From a virus (lineage: Duplodnaviria; Heunggongvirae; Uroviricota; Caudoviricetes), in IMG/VR virus record IMGVR_UViG_3300015615_001076, positions 26,742-90,741 of that record: a DNA stretch of 64,000 nucleotides; one strand, 5' to 3'. A program made the translations under genes and the position numbers. A model generated the notes under the pieces. It had not been told where the DNA came from. It ran no database searches and was given only the letters and a program-made list of their open reading frames with translations. Positions 59,205 through 64,000 of this stretch are shown here, piece by piece. Positions within the stretch are counted from its first letter, which is position 1. Each line of letters starts with the position of its first letter.

Positions 59205-59513
59205 GTGGGTTTACCCACGGATAAACCACTTTCCTCTTGCGCAGGCTCCGCAATCTCCCGTAAAGCGTAGTAGCCAATGCGCAACCCTTTACTCATGGTC
59301 AGCCTCGCTTCACAGGCTTCCTTGATCCATTGTGCGACACGCTTTTGCTTCGCATGGGGTTCACGCCTGCGCATGGCGCACGTCCACATCGCACATTGGC
59401 GTTCGATATCCTCGTACAGCACATCCGGCATCTTGACCCCCACGAATCGAGAACTCTTCGGTTGAGGCATAATGTTGCCCTCCATTCTTGTTGACCGAAT
59501 CCACCACCATCCC

Positions 59514-59747
59514 CTACACGGCAACAGGGTTGACCGCGACCCACTCCGCACTCGTCTCGTCGTGTTCAACCACCCACCGCTCCTGGGCCTGCGTCTCCCG
59601 ATTCGCAATGATTACAGAGTCGAGATACGTCCCGCAGATCAGACAGTGGTACGACGGGCTGTGTGTCTCGTCGGTGAAATCGAGATCCGCGTGAAACCGG
59701 AGTGACACGTCAGGCAGCATGCGCGAGCAACATTTGTGGCAGTTCAT
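59514..59747 (-). CDS. small zinc-ribbon protein
   Basis: CHKCC...CLICG. Confidence 0.3.
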   Translation of the reverse strand: MNCHKCCSRMLPDVSLRFHADLDFTDETHSPSYHCLICGTYLDSVIIANRETQAQERWVVEHDETSAEWVAVNPVAV

Positions 59748-59915
59748 CAGTGGCCCCTTCCTATAAGCCCAGGAATCAGGTCCGTTCCTGCTGCCACACA
59801 AGTCCGAACAGCATGTCCCATCGAGAGATGGGCGAGCCTGCTTTTTCTGATTCCTGAGCAGTTGTTGGTGTTGTCTGTGTTCGCCATGGCAGTGGCTCCT
59901 TGGGATTTCAGGCAA

Positions 59916-60224
59916 TCAATCGCCCGTATACGCCAATCCGTAGTCTCGACGATTCCGTTCAGCGTTGTCGGCGTAGTCCTGGGCGTCTCGGCGACGCACG
60001 GTCGCCGGCACATCTGCACCCATCGCTCGCTCCCGTTCGGTCCGCTCCGCGACGGGTCGGGCATGCTTCAGGCTAGGACCTGCACAGAAAAAGGCATGTT
60101 CAAGCGGAATGTTCAGCGCCGTCGCTTCGTCGAGCAGTCCAAGAGGGTGCTTCATGAAGAAGCAGCGACAGTTTTGCAGGCGTTGGCTTCGGAACTCTCG
60201 TCGGGTGTCGTCAGGGAACAGCAT
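59916..60224 (-). CDS. hypothetical protein
   Basis: ORF. Confidence 0.3.
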   Translation of the reverse strand: MLFPDDTRREFRSQRLQNCRCFFMKHPLGLLDEATALNIPLEHAFFCAGPSLKHARPVAERTERERAMGADVPATVRRRDAQDYADNAERNRRDYGLAYTGD

Positions 60225-60243
60225 GGCAGTGCTCCTTTGGATG

Positions 60244-60462
60244 TCAGGCGACCTTCAGGAAAAAAGACGACGGATCGATATCAAAGGTATTGGCAATGGC
60301 CGTGATGTCTTTGGCTGTGGGGGTCACGCGACCTTTTTCCCAATTGCTGATCGTGACACCACTGCGGCCTATGGCCTTGCCCATTTCGTTATGGGAGAGG
60401 CGCTTAAAACTCCGCAGGGTCTTGAGTTTTGAAGGGTCAAATTCCCAATGATCAGTTTTCAT
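60244..60462 (-). CDS. Cro-like XRE-family HTH regulator
   Basis: 'LSHNEMGKAIGRSGVTISNWEKGRVTP'. Confidence 0.65.
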   Translation of the reverse strand: MKTDHWEFDPSKLKTLRSFKRLSHNEMGKAIGRSGVTISNWEKGRVTPTAKDITAIANTFDIDPSSFFLKVA

Positions 60463-60552
60463 AGTTGTCTATATATACCCTGTTAATTTACATGTCAAGC
60501 GTAAACTTTGACCCTATTAAAAATAATTTCATCGCCTCACAATGCGTCCTTA
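60463..60552. promoter_or_regulatory. divergent promoter/operator region between the Cro-like and CI-like genes
   Basis: AT-rich 90-nt spacer. Palindrome GTCAAgcgtaaactTTGAC at 60494..60512. TTGACA-like hexamer on the minus strand. Confidence 0.4.
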
Positions 60553-60902
60553 TGGAACGCGGGGCACAGCGCCAACCAGCTACTACGCTATGGGGGAAAG
60601 CCCTCGAAGCACTGCGAGAGCGACGCGAGAGAGAGTTAGGTGAGACCTATAGCCAGTATCAACTCGCAAAAGATGCGGATATCCCACAATCCGAATATCG
60701 CAATATGTTGCGCCGTGGAGTGCGTGGCCCGTCGCTCAGCAAGGTCGACTCTCTACTAAGAGCCATGCATTACACATGGAATGAATGGGGGATTGAATAC
60801 GAATCAGTTAAGAGGCGAGAACTGATACTGGCTCATCATCCGAAAGCCATCCCTGTTGAGAAAGTTCTTAAAGGGGGCACAAAGAAATCGTCAGCTGGAT
60901 AG
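60553..60902 (+). CDS. CI-like XRE-family HTH repressor
   Basis: 'YSQYQLAKDADIPQSEYRNMLRRGVRGPSLSKVDSLLRAM'. Divergent from the Cro-like gene. Confidence 0.55.
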
Positions 60903-61071
60903 ACCGAGGGTGCTCAGCGATTCTCGCTGTGAAGTGGTCGGATGGCATCTGGGAGATTCAGGCAAACGACAGAGGATAGCGGATCGTCCCACAGCCAAGC
61001 TATCGTACAAAAGAGGGTGAGCAATCCGCTGGAAGTGTAGCTAGCGTGCAGGACAACGTAAGGAGGCTCCT

Positions 61072-62157
61072 ATGAGGACAGGGTTGATCTTGCTCGCACT
61101 GGTGTTGTTCGCCTCGGTCTCATCATCACGAGCGGATGAATCGACTACTCCTGCGCTCCCTACCGGCCTGCTTGTGGAATACCTCACGAACCTCCACGCG
61201 ACTGTAGAACGGACCAAGGCCTCCCTAGAAAAGCGTCTGGGAGACATACGGAACATGCTTCAGAGTGAACAGCAGCGCGATCAAGAGCTGGTGGCACGAG
61301 CCGAGGCCCATACGCCGCAATCCATGAACGGGGCGATGAAGAAAGAATGGGATGCCACGTTGGCTAGGTTACGCCGTGAAGCGGGCTACAGACTGGCTCG
61401 ATCCCTCAAGAACGAGGCGGCAGGGAAGCCCCTGATCGCTGAGATGGAAGCATTGGTCCACCAGTACGGCACACTGAGCGAGCAAATCAGGGACGTGAAC
61501 GAACGGACCAAACGGACAGTGCCACCGTCTGAGGCCTTATGGTTTGAGCGGGGCGATACTATCAAAGCGGACATCCGACAACTTGATGCGCGGCAACAGG
61601 AGATTGCCACGCGAGACAAGGAGCTGCGCGGGACGGATTGGGAGCGTACCCGCTCCGATGCGATCGTCACGAGTAGTATCGATGCGCTTGAAGACATTAT
61701 CAGCCGTGCGAGGACGCTCACAGGAGCGCAGGGGCCGCCCGTGTTCCTCCAAGAAGGGGGCGAGGAACGCCAGCGGCGTCGGGCCTCCAGAGAGCAGGAA
61801 GCGCAACATCAAAAAGCCGAGGCTGCCGCACAAGCCCCATTTTTGGCTTTTTTGCGCAAGCATGGAGCGACCGATATGTCGGACTGGAACGCGTCATACA
61901 AGCTGTCTGTCAATCCATTTTCCTATCAAGGCAAGCGTGTGTTTTTAAGTGGGCGCTATCACAAGAACATTAGCCGCCACGAGGCCATTGTTACGATTCT
62001 TCCAGATATCGTGGTGTGGCAGACCGCTCGCAATTTGGCTGACGGTTCACCGCTTGTCCGGTGTGTGGTCAAAGTGCTGGGCACCACCTCTGTCCGGCAA
62101 GGCATGATTGAGCGTGACGTTCCGCACGTGCAAGAAATCGAATGCCTCCAAGAATGA
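61072..62157 (+). CDS. secreted coiled-coil protein (cargo)
   Basis: AAGGAGG RBS. Signal peptide MRTGLILLALVLFASVSSSRA. Confidence 0.5.
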   Translation: MRTGLILLALVLFASVSSSRADESTTPALPTGLLVEYLTNLHATVERTKASLEKRLGDIRNMLQSEQQRDQELVARAEAHTPQSMNGAMKKEWDATLARLRREAGYRLARSLKNEAAGKPLIAEMEALVHQYGTLSEQIRDVNERTKRTVPPSEALWFERGDTIKADIRQLDARQQEIATRDKELRGTDWERTRSDAIVTSSIDALEDIISRARTLTGAQGPPVFLQEGGEERQRRRASREQEAQHQKAEAAAQAPFLAFLRKHGATDMSDWNASYKLSVNPFSYQGKRVFLSGRYHKNISRHEAIVTILPDIVVWQTARNLADGSPLVRCVVKVLGTTSVRQGMIERDVPHVQEIECLQE

Positions 62158-62798
62158 CGTCCCTTACCTTCGAATTCACCCACTACCGCTCGCCGAAGCT
62201 GGCTCGCATGCTGGAACTCGCCCGCTTGGGCCAGTTCAGCGAGCGTCGTCTGACCGCAGACGGACCGGCGCTGACGCTGTACACCGCGACATTTCCGATC
62301 GACAAGGATTCCATCAAGACCGTGACGGATCTGGCGATCTGCTTAACCGCCCACCCCTCCGCCCATGTCTCGGCCAACGGCCAACGGATCAACATCCATC
62401 GCGTGGCGAGCATTTTGCAATGCTATGAACAGAGCTTTCAGCCCAGCGATTGGCGGGCGCATTGTTGGCAACCTCGACCGGCCAGGTTCTTGGAAGATGC
62501 GGTCACGCGAGGAGCGATTATCGAGGGCGTGGACATTCTACTGTCCTGTAGCGGGACTACGGCGCAGCGGACCTACAATGATGGCTTCTCCACCCTGCCC
62601 GATCGCGACCGCCCCATTTGGATGTTTCCCTGCCGGTATGCGAACTGTGCGCCGGTCGCCACCGAGTTATCCTTGCGCCATCCTGCAGGACTCCGCGCCC
62701 AAGTTGAACAGGCCCTCACCCACTACGAATGTCGCTGGTGTCCGCGCCTCCAGAGCCTCGATGAATGGGAATTGTTGCAGTGGGGAACACCCCCATGA
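62154..62798 (+). CDS. hypothetical Cys/His-rich protein
   Basis: ORF coupled to neighbours. Confidence 0.4.
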   Translation: MTSLTFEFTHYRSPKLARMLELARLGQFSERRLTADGPALTLYTATFPIDKDSIKTVTDLAICLTAHPSAHVSANGQRINIHRVASILQCYEQSFQPSDWRAHCWQPRPARFLEDAVTRGAIIEGVDILLSCSGTTAQRTYNDGFSTLPDRDRPIWMFPCRYANCAPVATELSLRHPAGLRAQVEQALTHYECRWCPRLQSLDEWELLQWGTPP

Positions 62799-64000
62799 AA
62801 CCTACCCGTTTCGAACGTGGCGTCTATCAACGGGTCACGAACGGAAAAGACGAGTACGGCTCGCGCTGTGACGAGATCGACGGCACCACCCAATGGTGTT
62901 GGGGATTCTCGACGGCTGCGAAAGCCCGCGCTGATTATCATGCTCGCAGGACAGCCGTGCGGGATCGTCGCAAGGCCGGTGGACTGATTGTCCCCACCAC
63001 GCATACGATGGCTCAGCTCCGAGATGAATATCTCTCAACGATCAAAGGCAAGCGGGTGGCGTACAAGGATCGGAAGCGCCATCTCGATTTTTGGGCCGCA
63101 CACTTCGGCAAACAACCCGTGCTCACCATCACACCCGTGCAGGTCGAACAGGCTCTTGTGGCATTGAAAGACACCAAAGGTCTGCACAATGCGACCGCTA
63201 ACCGCTATGCCGAGTCACTCCGGAGACTCATGCGCAAGATGGTCAGCCCGTTCGCCTGGGTGCAGGAGTTTTGGCGGAAAGTCGAACTCTATGACGAACC
63301 ACGCCCCTTACCGAATCCGCTGACCGAGGAGCAGGAGGATCGTCTCTATGCCTCTCTCGACCCACAGGATGCCTTATATGCACGGCTGGATGTCCTGATC
63401 GGCTTACGACTCATGCAGTTTTTCTCGTTACGCTGGGAATACCTCTGGTGGGATCAAGCCCTCCTGGGGTTGCCGGCCTTTAAGCGTCATCCGGCTCGCC
63501 GCCTCCCCTTGATCCAAGAAGCGATGGCGATCTTTGCCGTCCTCTGGGAACAGCAACATCGGCCGAAGTCCGGATGGATCTTCCCGATGCGTCGCACCCG
63601 GTGGATTGGCGTCGTCGGCCAACTCCGTGTGTTGCAACGCGTCAAGGACCCGATCATTGACCCGACTCGACATCTGAATGCCCACAACTGGTATAATCTT
63701 CGGTACCGCACTGCGGTCCTCAAGGTCGGGTTGGACGGGGTGACGTTTCACACGTTGCGGAAAACCTGGGCCTCGCGGTTAGGCCCCTTTGTGCCGGAAC
63801 GGATCCTGCAAATTTTGGGAGGGTGGCTGAGCGTGGCGCCGGTGAAACACTACTGTCTGCCATTCGACCATGCGATCCGGGACGCCATGGAGCGAGCGCA
63901 TACCGCACAAAAAAGTGTCGTAAAAGTGTCACCTGACCATTGCATTCCGGTCGGGAAAATGGCCGAACTCGTTGAACGACAAAAAGAAAAGCTGGCGTAG
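62795..64000 (+). CDS. int: tyrosine recombinase / phage integrase
   Basis: C-terminal catalytic region 'HTLRKTWASRL ... LGGW ... HY' (R...HxxR...Y). N-terminal SAM-like domain. Confidence 0.8.
   Translation: MKPTRFERGVYQRVTNGKDEYGSRCDEIDGTTQWCWGFSTAAKARADYHARRTAVRDRRKAGGLIVPTTHTMAQLRDEYLSTIKGKRVAYKDRKRHLDFWAAHFGKQPVLTITPVQVEQALVALKDTKGLHNATANRYAESLRRLMRKMVSPFAWVQEFWRKVELYDEPRPLPNPLTEEQEDRLYASLDPQDALYARLDVLIGLRLMQFFSLRWEYLWWDQALLGLPAFKRHPARRLPLIQEAMAIFAVLWEQQHRPKSGWIFPMRRTRWIGVVGQLRVLQRVKDPIIDPTRHLNAHNWYNLRYRTAVLKVGLDGVTFHTLRKTWASRLGPFVPERILQILGGWLSVAPVKHYCLPFDHAIRDAMERAHTAQKSVVKVSPDHCIPVGKMAELVERQKEKLA

Noticed and set aside
1-64000. Search for tRNA, rRNA, CRISPR arrays and att-site direct repeats.
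   Set aside because: No tRNA-like cloverleaf motifs and no regularly spaced short repeats were seen. Any attachment site next to the integrase would lie beyond position 64000.

Overview
This window is almost entirely a single high-GC (~58-60%) temperate mobile element that looks like a prophage. It is gene-dense, and about 90% of its genes lie on the minus strand. The modules, read from the right end leftwards, are as follows. At 62.8-64.0 kb there is a tyrosine integrase next to two cargo-like genes. At 60.2-60.9 kb there is a divergent CI-like and Cro-like XRE switch. At 49-60 kb there is an early region of small zinc-ribbon and HTH proteins, with an SbcC/SbcD-like nuclease pair and a putative single-strand annealing protein. 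At 39-53 kb there is a replication and DNA-metabolism block. It contains YdaU-like and DUF1064-like proteins, an SSB, a C5-cytosine methyltransferase, a Gp37/Gp68-family protein, a NUMOD4-HNH endonuclease and an ASCH-like protein. It also holds an SPFH/band-7 protein paired with a HerA/FtsK-like ATPase, and two paralogous YdaS/Cro-like genes. At 27.5-35.5 kb there is a packaging module: a small terminase, a large terminase interrupted by an intein carrying a LAGLIDADG endonuclease, a portal, a secreted SNase-like nuclease and a MuF-like protein. At 19.5-26 kb there is a run of five consecutive proteins with signal peptides, including a 900-aa parallel beta-helix (depolymerase-like) protein and fibre-like repeat proteins. 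At 3.2-17.3 kb there are three very large 'polyvalent' proteins: a 2143-aa SNF2 helicase, an 1840-aa N6-methyltransferase-SNF2 helicase fusion and a 453-aa Zeta-toxin-like kinase. All three share a KDGTFV peptide motif. The left end (1-2.7 kb) carries a small opposite-strand cassette encoding an RHH protein, an Asn/Pro-rich repeat secreted protein and a lipoprotein. No rRNA, tRNA or CRISPR was seen. Between portal/MuF and the secreted-protein block I could not recognise a major capsid, scaffold/protease, tape-measure, sheath or tube gene. I regard that absence as the most interesting feature of the element.
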